Shown here piece by piece: positions 38,029 to 48,579 of a stretch of DNA of 62,226 nt. This stretch comes from an uncultured Marinoscillum sp. (GTDB lineage: Bacteria; Bacteroidota; Bacteroidia; Cytophagales; MED-G16). The notes under the pieces are model-generated. The model ran no database searches and was not told the origin of the DNA. It saw only the letters and a list, made by a program, of their open reading frames with translations. The stretch is from the NCBI GenBank assembly GCA_964553685.1, contig CAZKLB010000004.1, positions 18,704 to 80,929 of the forward strand. The letters run 5' to 3'. Made by a program: the position numbers and the translations under genes. Each line of letters opens with the position of its first letter. Within the stretch, counting starts at the first letter, position 1.

Positions 38029-38484
38029 ATGAGATTACTCATTTTAATATCTTTTTTGAGTTTATTTTTTTCATGTCAAAACAATACTGTTTATAGTAAC
38101 TACTACACATTCAGAGATAATATTTGGTATGCAGATTCATCTATCGTTTTTAATTTCAAAAATAAAACTCAAGAAAATTTAAAATTCAATTTAAGTTTAT
38201 CATACAATAATGATTATCCCTTTCAAAATTTTTATACCTCATATTCTCTTTTAGACTCTAATAAAAATATTATTAATTCACGAATGGTTGAATATCAACT
38301 ATTTGAAAAAAAGTATGGGTATCCGCTAGGTTCAGGAACTTTTCAATATTTCGTAAAAGATTCCGTCATATTAGAAGCTAATAATATGCTGATTAATTCC
38401 GAATATACTTTTTTAGTTAAACACTCTATGAGAAAAAATGAATTAAATGGAATTAATAAAATAGGTCTTACAATAACCAATTAA
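38029..38484 (+). CDS. gldH: Gliding motility lipoprotein GldH
   Basis: Lipobox FFSC; W..DS..F, YNNDYPFQN, G.PLGSG, HSMR..L.GI..IGL. Confidence 0.8.
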   Translation: MRLLILISFLSLFFSCQNNTVYSNYYTFRDNIWYADSSIVFNFKNKTQENLKFNLSLSYNNDYPFQNFYTSYSLLDSNKNIINSRMVEYQLFEKKYGYPLGSGTFQYFVKDSVILEANNMLINSEYTFLVKHSMRKNELNGINKIGLTITN

Positions 38485-39689
38485 TTTCCAGAAGAATCAA
38501 AAGATTCATCTTTATCAAATAAAAATGAGATTGAGAATCTCATAGTTTCAGCGAGAGGGTGATCGTTATCTATTGTTGAAAGGTAGGAGAAATCGACACC
38601 AAGATTATTATATTTGATACCTGCACCAAGTGTAATAAACCTTCTACCACCTTTATCTCTATTTTCAAAAAAATATCCGCTCCTTAAAGCAAAAAAGTCT
38701 CTGTACCAGTACTCTAATCCAGATGAGAATGTGATTTCCTTAATTTCTTCATTAAAACCATCAGGAGCATCAGAGAATGAAGAAAACATACCACTCAAAA
38801 CTGACCTATTAGGATTTTTTCCTTTTAAAATTTTTGGTTCATTTGTTATAGGGTCAATTACATATTCTCCATTTTGATCAATTTCATATATTGGAGGTGA
38901 TGGAACCATTAATTTATTTAAATCAAATGCTAGTGTAATAGAATTATACTGATCTAAAAAGGTTTTAAGAGATGTACCAAAACGCAAATTAGCTGGTATA
39001 AAATCTAAACTTTTAGAACTTCCATAAGTAATTTTTCCTCCAATGTTAGAAATATGTGTTCCAAAAGATAATTCAGATGTTCTATTAGTAATTGTTATTT
39101 CTTTATTATAATAAAATCCTAAATCTACAGAAAAACTATTCCCAGCTTTTGCGTCCGAATAGTTTGAAATACTACCTGTAAGGTTTGACCAAATATACCT
39201 AGCAGTTCCTCCTAAGGATAAATCATTTGTTAGTTTTCTTGAGTATGTAAATGCTGAACTCAATTCTTTTGGATTTTCAATACCAAGAGAAAGACCCTGA
39301 TTATCAGTAAGCTGAATTTCTCCTAAATCAAAATATTTCATTGTTAAACCAACAGCCTGAACCTCATCAATTTTATAGAATCCAGAAAGATAAGAGATTG
39401 ACATATCATCAACAATTTTTCCCAGCCAGGGAACATAAGAGAGACCAAAACCATATTTCTTATCAATAAATGATAGCTTAGCATTATTCCAGTGAATCGA
39501 GTTAGCATCTGGTGATGTCGCTACTCCAGTTTCCCCCATAGCTGAACCCCTAGAATCAGGAGATATTAATAAGAAAGGAACAGCAGTTATTATAGGTCTC
39601 CTCGAAGTGTCTTGACCACTAAGAATTCCAACTTGTGAAAATAGATTTTGATTAATTGAAATAAATAAAATAATAGTGAAAAATCTCAT
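38481..39689 (-). CDS. porV: T9SS outer membrane shuttle PorV
   Basis: ITAVPFLLISPDSRGSAMG, HWNNAK, YVPWL, GLEYWY, DFSYL, LAETMRFS. Confidence 0.95.
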   Translation of the reverse strand: MRFFTIILFISINQNLFSQVGILSGQDTSRRPIITAVPFLLISPDSRGSAMGETGVATSPDANSIHWNNAKLSFIDKKYGFGLSYVPWLGKIVDDMSISYLSGFYKIDEVQAVGLTMKYFDLGEIQLTDNQGLSLGIENPKELSSAFTYSRKLTNDLSLGGTARYIWSNLTGSISNYSDAKAGNSFSVDLGFYYNKEITITNRTSELSFGTHISNIGGKITYGSSKSLDFIPANLRFGTSLKTFLDQYNSITLAFDLNKLMVPSPPIYEIDQNGEYVIDPITNEPKILKGKNPNRSVLSGMFSSFSDAPDGFNEEIKEITFSSGLEYWYRDFFALRSGYFFENRDKGGRRFITLGAGIKYNNLGVDFSYLSTIDNDHPLAETMRFSISFLFDKDESFDSSGN

Positions 39690-42600
39690 TTTTTCTTGAA
39701 TAGTTTTTTATGTAAAAGAATTGAAGCGTTATTATTTAAATTTATAACGTGCAATTTATAAATATAAATACCTTGAGGCAAAGGATAATTATTCAAATCC
39801 TTTCCATTCCACATTATATTATCAATTTTCTCAGGTGAAAATTCATATATATTTTCATAATTATATACAATATTACCTCTCAAATCATATACATTTAAAT
39901 TAATTGATAGTGGTTCTTCAAACTCACCATTATCAAAACTAAAAGTTGTAAAGTCAGTAAATGGATTAGGATAATTCATAAGATTATCTATTTTTAGTTT
40001 GTTTTCATTATCAATAATGAATACAACTGTCTTAGATGATAAATTATTGTAATTATCAGAAACTTTAATTTCTATTTTATGCTTACCACTTATTAGATTT
40101 TCAAGTGGATACCTAATAACACCTCTTTGGTAATCATCAATATTATTTGTAAAATAATTATCAAGAGCAATTGTTATTGAATCATCAACTATTGCTCTCA
40201 TTGTATGAAAAGTATTTGTATTTGTAATATTTATTCCGTTTAGATCAAATAGATCAACTATTAATAATGGATTTTTTGAAACTGTTTGACCTGATTTAAA
40301 ATTATAAGAATCAATAAAAATATCTATATCTGGAGGCCTATTGTCCTTTACATTATTCTCTGATGTGCCTCCAATCAAAAAATTTGAATAAGACAACGCT
40401 TCGCCATAATTTAAGGTATCGATAGCATACATTGATATTTTTCCAGTTCCCAAAGTATATTTAATATTTTTTGGTACAATAAACTCGAAATCAAACTCAC
40501 CATTAGAAACAGATGAAATTCCTTTATAAATAATATTATCCCACTCTTTAAACATATAAGGATCGCTTTCATCTCCAAGAGTATATTTTGAAGATATTTT
40601 ATCATAAATAGTTATATAAATATTCCCATTATAACTACTTACCAACTCATCATTTATATTGATAATTTTTCCAGTAATTTCCTTTTTTCCTGTTGCCCTT
40701 AATGTATCGATACTATCAACAACAATATCATATTTAGGATAAGATAATTGAAGAGATGGATCACCCAGCAAAGAAAAATTTCTATTGATCGCACCACTCA
40801 AACTTTTATTTTTAGTCCTTCTAAAAATTTCACCTAATCTTAAGTATGTTCCATTTTCAACGGTAAATACATTTTTATAAAATTGGTTATTCACTCTATA
40901 ATTAGTTTGAGAAAAGACTGGTCTTGTTGTTGTAAGTAAAGCTATCGCACCACCGTCATCTTTATTTAAAAGTAACTCCCCACCAGAAGTAATAAGAGGA
41001 TCATCAAATTTTCCAAATTCACAAGTAGCCGTTAGGAATAAAGGAAGCTTGATCCTGTTTTTCCAAGAATAAATTGAGTTTTCGTCAAGTATTTTTTCTT
41101 CTGTCCATAAAAACTCATTTCCATGACCAATATAATTTAGAATAAATGATCCATCTTCAATTGCATAATTTAACTTATTTTTTGCTTGGGATGATGTTAC
41201 GACTCCATCTTCAATATTTTGAATAAAATTATCTAAGTATATTTTTTTAACATCATAATCTCCTCTTTCTCTGTCCAATAATTGAAAATGATTTTCGGCA
41301 TCATTTTGGTGAACATTATTGTCACCATCATCTGCCACTAGATATATATTCTTTTTCCACTGACCTTTTAACTGGTCCTGACTAGAATATCGAATTAACT
41401 TATCTACATACCCCTTAGAATCATTTAAATTTTTACTAGGTATTCTTCCAACTCCCACATCTAGAGTATGATCACCTGATGAACTCTCCATCCATATACC
41501 CTCACTTTCTTCAAGAAAACCGTAATAATCATCTGATGAGTAACTATAAATATTATTTGATGAATTATAAGACTGATAGATTGGAATAAAGTTGGTATTA
41601 TTTGGAACTCTATTCTTGAAGTCGTAGGAACAATCCCCAAAAATCAGTACGTATTTAAGATTTTTATTAGAAGTATTATATATATATTTTATAAAATTTC
41701 TGATGGCCGAGACATCCTGATTCCCAGATGAAAATTGGTTATAAATATCGTCAACGGTTACAAGAGAAACCGCCATGCCATCATTTTGTTCTCTTAATTT
41801 CTTAATTCTTAAAGCATCATATTCAAATAAAGGATGAGTGATAATTAATAAATCAGGATTATTATGATTAAGAATATTAGAATTTGAAATTGATTCAAAT
41901 GAGATTGGATAAGAAATATCATTAGATGAAAATAGGATATTATTTGAATGAAATCTGTCATCAATAATAACTGAATAATTTTCTGGTAACTTATTAACCT
42001 CATATTCCTCAACACTATATGGATTAGTAATATCCCAAACATATATATTCTCATCAGAATCAATTTTATATTTTGTAAATGAAGAAACTGAATTATGAGC
42101 TGTGTAGAATGAAGTTTGTTGACCTTGATATTTTAAAGGTATGGAGGCATTAATTTTTACTTTGTCCAAGTATGAAATTGCTGAATTGTCTCCTGCATAT
42201 ATTATCTGAAGGGTATTACTTTGTTGATTTAAGAATTTTTTATTAAAATTTTTTGATATGTGGATAAATTTTTCACCATAAATCTGATCTTCGATTTTAT
42301 CCATTTCAATTTCTGAAATACTATTATCATTAAAGGTTATATTAAATCTAGAATCAACCGTTGAACGTGATACTAAATCTATCTTAATTTTAAAGTCTAA
42401 ATTTTCATTAAACTCAAATAATTCTATCTCTTTTTGGTCGCCACCTGAAAAAATATCGCCAAACCATTCTCTCCCTGATTGAATTATACTATAGATATCT
42501 TCTTCATGATGGTAATAAAAAAATGCATTATTTCTTTCATTAGTAAAATTGATATTATTTATCTTTTTTTTAATTTTTTTACTTTCATTAGTATTAAAAG

Positions 42601-43030
42601 TAATAAAATAATAAGCTGTGTCTGTGTATATATTTTTTTCAGAATCCATTATTTTATTAAGAGAATCATAATAGATTTTGTCGGATGACTGAAGATAAAA
42701 ATATATGCTTTCCTCATTATCAAAATATGTATCTTCATTTCCATTAAACATAACATTTGATTCCTGAGGCTGAATTAAATTTGATTTTGAATTCAATTGG
42801 GGAATCTGACCATTATAACCACTACCAAATACTTGAATAGTAAGTGGATTAATATTCTCAGCATTTATATTATTTTGAATTAAAAAGTTTTTGTCTATCT
42901 TATAAACACCTGACTTTACGATACCTATTTTATACCAACTACCCGAATTCAATATTGAGTTATTGGAAAAACCATCAATAACAATTAAACATTGAAATAA
43001 TAAATACAATATTAAACTATAGTTACTCAT
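39686..43030 (-). CDS. porU: T9SS sortase PorU (peptidase C25)
   Basis: GSWYKI..GVYKI, IYNQFSSG.QD..AIR, GRIP, YIGHG (His), TATCEFG (Cys), LLGDP, C-terminal NYPNPF..GIYIY. Confidence 0.95.
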   Translation of the reverse strand: MSNYSLILYLLFQCLIVIDGFSNNSILNSGSWYKIGIVKSGVYKIDKNFLIQNNINAENINPLTIQVFGSGYNGQIPQLNSKSNLIQPQESNVMFNGNEDTYFDNEESIYFYLQSSDKIYYDSLNKIMDSEKNIYTDTAYYFITFNTNESKKIKKKINNINFTNERNNAFFYYHHEEDIYSIIQSGREWFGDIFSGGDQKEIELFEFNENLDFKIKIDLVSRSTVDSRFNITFNDNSISEIEMDKIEDQIYGEKFIHISKNFNKKFLNQQSNTLQIIYAGDNSAISYLDKVKINASIPLKYQGQQTSFYTAHNSVSSFTKYKIDSDENIYVWDITNPYSVEEYEVNKLPENYSVIIDDRFHSNNILFSSNDISYPISFESISNSNILNHNNPDLLIITHPLFEYDALRIKKLREQNDGMAVSLVTVDDIYNQFSSGNQDVSAIRNFIKYIYNTSNKNLKYVLIFGDCSYDFKNRVPNNTNFIPIYQSYNSSNNIYSYSSDDYYGFLEESEGIWMESSSGDHTLDVGVGRIPSKNLNDSKGYVDKLIRYSSQDQLKGQWKKNIYLVADDGDNNVHQNDAENHFQLLDRERGDYDVKKIYLDNFIQNIEDGVVTSSQAKNKLNYAIEDGSFILNYIGHGNEFLWTEEKILDENSIYSWKNRIKLPLFLTATCEFGKFDDPLITSGGELLLNKDDGGAIALLTTTRPVFSQTNYRVNNQFYKNVFTVENGTYLRLGEIFRRTKNKSLSGAINRNFSLLGDPSLQLSYPKYDIVVDSIDTLRATGKKEITGKIININDELVSSYNGNIYITIYDKISSKYTLGDESDPYMFKEWDNIIYKGISSVSNGEFDFEFIVPKNIKYTLGTGKISMYAIDTLNYGEALSYSNFLIGGTSENNVKDNRPPDIDIFIDSYNFKSGQTVSKNPLLIVDLFDLNGINITNTNTFHTMRAIVDDSITIALDNYFTNNIDDYQRGVIRYPLENLISGKHKIEIKVSDNYNNLSSKTVVFIIDNENKLKIDNLMNYPNPFTDFTTFSFDNGEFEEPLSINLNVYDLRGNIVYNYENIYEFSPEKIDNIMWNGKDLNNYPLPQGIYIYKLHVINLNNNASILLHKKLFKKK

Positions 43031-43070
43031 ATTACATTTATTAACTCATGTTAGAGAATATTATTTTGAT

Positions 43071-43787
43071 TTATTTTTTTATTATTAACGATCTATAAAT
43101 TGATACTAATACATATGGCACTATTATCAAGAATATTAACTCGTAGCCAAAAGAGAAAAAAATAAAAAACGTGATAAAAATCAAAAAGTAAGCTTCTAGA
43201 TTGTCTCTAAAAGAGTAGTTTTTAAATTTTAGTGATGAAAACTGAATATCAGAGATCATTAAATATGAAAATAGGAATATAAGAAATATAAGAATCTTAT
43301 CAGTTAAGGCTTCAGATAAAAAACTACAGTATCCTAATAGAGAAAAGGGCAAATTATAACAACTTGAATAATATATTAGTGAAATAAAAAAAAATGCATT
43401 GGCCGGAGTTGGCAAACCATTAAAGGATAATTGATTTGAATCATTAACATTAAATTTTGCAAGTCTTACAGCAGAGCAAACCATTATTAAAAATGAAAAA
43501 TATTTTAGATTAGGTGTAGATGAATTTGCATCAATCCATAAAAAAATTACTAAAGTTGGAAGAATTCCAAATGAAACTAAATCAGAAAGTGAGTCAAGTT
43601 GCTTCCCAAAAGCTGAAGTAGAATTTAATTTTCTTGCTATGAACCCATCCATAAAATCTAATAATAAGCAGCCATAAACCATAAATATTATTAAATCAGT
43701 ATATTGACCTTGAAATAAAAAAGATATCGCTAATAGTCCAAGGATAAGGTTTAATATGGTTATAAAATTTGGAATATTTTTTTTCAA
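43071..43787 (-). CDS. pssA: CDP-diacylglycerol--serine O-phosphatidyltransferase
   Basis: TTG start; PNFITILN, DGFIARK..FGKQLDSLSDLVSFG, RLAKFN, FNGLPTP. Confidence 0.85.
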   Translation of the reverse strand: MKKNIPNFITILNLILGLLAISFLFQGQYTDLIIFMVYGCLLLDFMDGFIARKLNSTSAFGKQLDSLSDLVSFGILPTLVIFLWIDANSSTPNLKYFSFLIMVCSAVRLAKFNVNDSNQLSFNGLPTPANAFFFISLIYYSSCYNLPFSLLGYCSFLSEALTDKILIFLIFLFSYLMISDIQFSSLKFKNYSFRDNLEAYFLIFITFFIFFSFGYELIFLIIVPYVLVSIYRSLIIKK

Positions 43788-44419
43788 TTTAAAAAAGGAT
43801 TATTTTTTCTTTCATCAAAAATTGTTGTTGTTGGTCCGTGACCTGGATAAATTTTTAAAGAATCATCTAATAAAAATAGCTCATTTTTAATACTGCTGAT
43901 CAAAGTATCATAATTACCGCCAGGTAGATCAGTACGCCCAATTGAATTTTTAAAAATTACATCACCACTAAAACATATATTTTTTTCAATAAAATAGAAA
44001 CCTACATGACCAGGAGAATGACCAGGAAGATTTAATAATTTTATTGATTGGTTTTCAAATATTATTTTTTTGGATAAATCTAGAAACTTAATATTACTAA
44101 AGTGATTATACTTCTCCAAATTAAATAAAGGAGCATAATTTTCAATATCCCTATATAAGTTAATTTCCGATTCAGGTATATAAACATTTACTGAGAACTC
44201 TTTCACTAAAAAATCAATTCCTAAAACATGATCGATATGACAATGAGTAATTAAAATGCTTTGCGGTATTAAACGTAAATCATCTATATAATCTTTAATT
44301 TCCTTATTTTCATTTGTTTGATAGTTTCCTGGATCGATTATAATACACCTTCCGTTTTCGGAAACGATATATGTATTTTCCTGATAGTCATTGAAAGTAA
44401 ATGATTTTATTTCAAGCAT
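43784..44419 (-). CDS. MBL-fold metallo-hydrolase (glyoxalase II/YcbL-like)
   Basis: IIDPG, THCHIDH (HxHxDH), PGHSPG, SGD, GRTDLPGG, PGHG. Start moved to ATG 44419. Confidence 0.92.
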   Translation of the reverse strand: MLEIKSFTFNDYQENTYIVSENGRCIIIDPGNYQTNENKEIKDYIDDLRLIPQSILITHCHIDHVLGIDFLVKEFSVNVYIPESEINLYRDIENYAPLFNLEKYNHFSNIKFLDLSKKIIFENQSIKLLNLPGHSPGHVGFYFIEKNICFSGDVIFKNSIGRTDLPGGNYDTLISSIKNELFLLDDSLKIYPGHGPTTTIFDERKNNPFLN

Positions 44420-44468
44420 TAGTTTTTTTATTTGCAAATTTGGATTAATAATATTGATATTAAAATAA

Positions 44469-45467
44469 ATGTCAAAAAAAATAGAATTTATAGTAATTGG
44501 TCAAGGTATAGCAGGGTCCTGTTTTGCATGGAATTTATATTTCAATGATAAATCTTTCATCATTCTTAATTCTGAGAAGAAAAATTGTGCTTCATCTGCC
44601 GCTCTTGGGATTTATAACCCAATTACTGGAAGAAGACATACAAAGACATGGAATGTTGAAAAATTATTTGAATGTTTAGAAAATTTCTATGAGAAAGTAG
44701 AAAAAAAAATTAAAACTAAAATCCTATATAAGAAAGATATATACAGACCTTTTAAAAATGATGCTGATCAAAATAATTGGGATGCTAGATTATCAAATAA
44801 TAACTATAAAGATTATATCAAAGAAAGATCTTCAAATGGAGTTCTAACAACAAATTGTGGACATATTGATGTTAATAAATTTATTAATGAAACAAGAAAA
44901 TATTTTAAAAGATTAAATCGTTATAAAAAATATGAATTTAACAATTCATTTATAATAGATAAAAAAAGAGTAAAGATGAGAAATTTTAATAGCAATAAAA
45001 TTGTGATGTGTACTGGAATTGATGAAAAAAATAGTAAATATTTTTCATTTCTTCCACTCAAAGAACTTTCTGGGAATAGTATTCTTATTGAGTCTATATT
45101 TAAAACTAAAAATATTATAAATAAGGGGATTACTATGTTACCGTTAAAAGAAAATAATTATCATGTTGGATCAACATATGAAAATAGTTATAAAAATATG
45201 GGCATTGGTTCTCTTTTATCCAAAATCAAAGAAATAACTCATAAAAAATTTAAATTAAAAGATAAAAAATTTGGTATTAGGGCATCTACTTCAGACAGAA
45301 GACCAGTAATTGGAAGGCATCCACTATTAAAAAATCTTTATATTATGAATGGTTTTGGTTCAAAAGGTGTGAGCCAAGCACCATACTGCTCAGAAATATT
45401 ATATAATAACATTGAAAATAATAATATTATAGAGAAAGAAATAAACATAGATAGATTCAAATCGTAA
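44469..45467 (+). CDS. FAD-dependent oxidoreductase (DAO family)
   Basis: IGQGIAG, G.YNPITG, GSTY, GIRA..DRRP.IG, NGFGSKG..AP. Confidence 0.85.
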   Translation: MSKKIEFIVIGQGIAGSCFAWNLYFNDKSFIILNSEKKNCASSAALGIYNPITGRRHTKTWNVEKLFECLENFYEKVEKKIKTKILYKKDIYRPFKNDADQNNWDARLSNNNYKDYIKERSSNGVLTTNCGHIDVNKFINETRKYFKRLNRYKKYEFNNSFIIDKKRVKMRNFNSNKIVMCTGIDEKNSKYFSFLPLKELSGNSILIESIFKTKNIINKGITMLPLKENNYHVGSTYENSYKNMGIGSLLSKIKEITHKKFKLKDKKFGIRASTSDRRPVIGRHPLLKNLYIMNGFGSKGVSQAPYCSEILYNNIENNNIIEKEINIDRFKS

Positions 45468-45475
45468 TTTTAATT

Positions 45476-48400
45476 GTGAAATATTTACTAATACTTTTTT
45501 TTGGTTTTTTAAATTTTAAAGTTTTTTCACAGAATAGCTTCTATAATAATATTGGAAAAAATAGAATTCAATATAAATCATTTAAATGGAATGTTATTCA
45601 TACAAATAATTTTGAAATATACTACAATTCAAATAACGATCAAGTTGAAAGGATTGCGTCTGAACACTTAGAAAATAACTTTTCTAGAATGACAAGCCTT
45701 GTTGGACATCAACCTTATACTAAAACAAAAGTGTTTATTTTTAATTCGGAAAGTGATATGAATCAGTCTAACATTGGTATAAACGAAACTGATAAATATT
45801 TAAATACTAATACTAACTACAATAATAAAATCCAATTTAAAATTTCTTTTGAAAATAATATTCACTCCTTTAAAAAAAATCTTGATTACAAATTTTCAAA
45901 AGTTTTAATAAATGATTTAATGAGAGGAAATATTAGTCTTACCAAAAGATTTGGTAAAATATCTTCTTTTAGATCTATTCCAGATTGGTTTTCAGAGGGA
46001 GCTGCAAAATTTCTCGGATACGGGTGGGATATTGAGATGGATAATGTCATCAGAGATTATTTTCTTACTCAAAACAAAAAAAAATTAAAAAAGATTACTG
46101 AAATAAAATCAGGATACATAGGACAAAGTATATGGAACTATATATCAGTAACATATGGGAAAGGATCCATTTCAAATATCATAAACCTTACAAAAATTAT
46201 CAGAAACCCAGAAAAAGCAATTGCAAGTTCCTTGGGTTTATCATTTAATAATTTCATAAATAACTGGTCAAATTTTTATAGTAATAAGATTAAAGGAGAC
46301 TACATACTACCTAATGACTCATCAATAACACTCACAGAGATAAATAATAGGTATAAAAAGATCAATGATATAAAAATTAATTCCCTTAGTGATAAGTATG
46401 TATTTTCAACAGAGGGAAAAAATTATAAAAAAATTATTTTATATAATGAAAAAAATAAAAAGTTTAAAACTATTGATAGATTGAAAAATAAAAACATAGG
46501 TAATTTAATTTATCTACAATGGACAGATGATCAAAGTATAGCTTATAATAAGACCATAAGAGACCAGATAAATATTATTAAATACAATTCTGAATTAAAA
46601 CAGAAAACATATAAGTCATTAGAGTTTTTTAAAAAAATAAGTGGATTTTCCTATAATTCTAATCAAAGTCTAATTGCTGTAAGTGGAAATATTAATAATC
46701 AGAATGATATATACTTACTGAGTACAAGCTCTGATAATATGAAGAAGTTGACGGATGATATGTACGATGATATCCATCCTACTTTTTTTCCAAATTCAAC
46801 ATCAATAGCTTTTAGTTCAAACAGACCTTCACCCATAATCAGTTCAAAGTATTCATATGACGATGAAAAATATTATAATATCTATGCATATGATTTAGAT
46901 ACTACAAAAAATATTTTACATCAAATTACAAAAACAATTAGTAATGATATTAAAGCTAAAGGCATTTCTAAGAATGAACTTATTTATCTCAGCGATCTGA
47001 ATGGAGTATTTAATCTTCATAAGTATGATCCTAAGGATGGTTATAAGCAAATATCAAATCTAAGAAGTAATATTATTAATTATGACTTCAATATAATTAA
47101 TAAGAGATTGACTTATAATTCTATATTTGAGGGAATTAATAGACTTAGCAGTATTGAACAATTTGATATTAATCAATCAAATTTCGGCACATCAACTGCT
47201 AGAGTAATCAATATCCAAAGAAATACTTTAATCGAAAAGAAGAGAGCACAAGATGAAGATGAAGATAGGAAAAAGAATGTAAATTTTAAGACAACTGAAG
47301 ATTTTGAGTTTAAAGATGATAAGAAGGTCCTCACATCTGTCCAAAAAAACATACAAAAAAGTAATAATAAAAATACTAGTAAAAGATCCTACGAATACAC
47401 ATACTCATTTATAAAAAATAATTTTAATAGTTTTTTAAGAGTAGATCCTCTCGAAGGATTTGGAACACAAGTAGAAACAGATTTTATTGAGCTTTTTGAG
47501 GATCATAATTTATATGCTAAGGCATTCTTGCCTTTATCGAGTCTGAAAAGTTCAGATATTTTTTCTCAATACAGCTATTTAAAGCATAGGATCGACTTTA
47601 AAATTTCTTTGGATAGAAAAATAATTTATGCTGAAGATTCTGAAAATTATATCTATCACAAATATTCATTGAATCAAATTAAAGGAACTATTGCATATCC
47701 AATTTCAAACTTTTTAAGATTCGAAATATCACCTCAAATTTCAATTTCAAAATTTTATGACTTAGACTACAGAGTACTTAATAATACACCTCCCCCATTC
47801 CTATTTTTTGAAAAAAATAAATTTATAGGTTATAATCTTAACTTATTATATGATGATACAAAAAAGGTTGGAATGAATTTAGAAGTTGGATCAAAAATGC
47901 GCATTAATTTTAAAAATTTTGATTCTGATATCAAAAAAAATAGTTTCAAAAATATATCAGTTGATTTTATACATCATCAATCAATATTAAACAATATAAT
48001 TTTATCAACTAGAATATTTTATGGGAACTCTTTTGGTAATAACCCATACAAATATTTAGTAGGAGGAGTTAATAATTCCTTATTTGGCAAAAAGGAGGAA
48101 AAGGGGATAAATGATCCTCTTTATGTAACAAATGGAGTTAATAATATCAACTTTTTATTTGGAGAATTTATTAACCTCAGAGGCTATAACTTTAAAAAAT
48201 TTGATGGATTTAAAGCCTTAGTGTTGAATACAGAGCTAAGAATACCCGTAACAAAAGCAGTGATTGGAAGAACAATAAAAAGTAATTTTTTAAATAATCT
48301 TCAGATAGTGGGATTTTTTGACTTAGGGTCTTCTTGGAATGTTAATTCACCATTTAGCAAAAAAAATGATGTTAATACTTGGTACATAAAAGAACCTGGA

Positions 48401-48574
48401 TCTGTTTTCCAAGCAGAAATTGAAAATTCTAAAAACCCATGGCTCGCAAGCTACGGTTTTGGATTCAGATCTTATATTATGGATTATTACGTAAAACTTG
48501 ATATTGCTAAGCCAATTGAAGATTATAGAGTAGGTAGTACTAAATATCACTTTTCCATAGGATATAGTTTTTAG
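45476..48574 (+). CDS. Omp85/BamA-superfamily outer membrane protein with peptidase-MA-like and PD40/TolB-like N-terminal domains
   Basis: GKNRIQY, PDWFSEG, beta-propeller repeats (DDMYDDIHP.F), LRGY, FFDLG, C-terminal aromatic YHFSIGYSF. Confidence 0.75.
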   Translation: MKYLLILFFGFLNFKVFSQNSFYNNIGKNRIQYKSFKWNVIHTNNFEIYYNSNNDQVERIASEHLENNFSRMTSLVGHQPYTKTKVFIFNSESDMNQSNIGINETDKYLNTNTNYNNKIQFKISFENNIHSFKKNLDYKFSKVLINDLMRGNISLTKRFGKISSFRSIPDWFSEGAAKFLGYGWDIEMDNVIRDYFLTQNKKKLKKITEIKSGYIGQSIWNYISVTYGKGSISNIINLTKIIRNPEKAIASSLGLSFNNFINNWSNFYSNKIKGDYILPNDSSITLTEINNRYKKINDIKINSLSDKYVFSTEGKNYKKIILYNEKNKKFKTIDRLKNKNIGNLIYLQWTDDQSIAYNKTIRDQINIIKYNSELKQKTYKSLEFFKKISGFSYNSNQSLIAVSGNINNQNDIYLLSTSSDNMKKLTDDMYDDIHPTFFPNSTSIAFSSNRPSPIISSKYSYDDEKYYNIYAYDLDTTKNILHQITKTISNDIKAKGISKNELIYLSDLNGVFNLHKYDPKDGYKQISNLRSNIINYDFNIINKRLTYNSIFEGINRLSSIEQFDINQSNFGTSTARVINIQRNTLIEKKRAQDEDEDRKKNVNFKTTEDFEFKDDKKVLTSVQKNIQKSNNKNTSKRSYEYTYSFIKNNFNSFLRVDPLEGFGTQVETDFIELFEDHNLYAKAFLPLSSLKSSDIFSQYSYLKHRIDFKISLDRKIIYAEDSENYIYHKYSLNQIKGTIAYPISNFLRFEISPQISISKFYDLDYRVLNNTPPPFLFFEKNKFIGYNLNLLYDDTKKVGMNLEVGSKMRINFKNFDSDIKKNSFKNISVDFIHHQSILNNIILSTRIFYGNSFGNNPYKYLVGGVNNSLFGKKEEKGINDPLYVTNGVNNINFLFGEFINLRGYNFKKFDGFKALVLNTELRIPVTKAVIGRTIKSNFLNNLQIVGFFDLGSSWNVNSPFSKKNDVNTWYIKEPGSVFQAEIENSKNPWLASYGFGFRSYIMDYYVKLDIAKPIEDYRVGSTKYHFSIGYSF

Positions 48575-48579
48575 TAATT

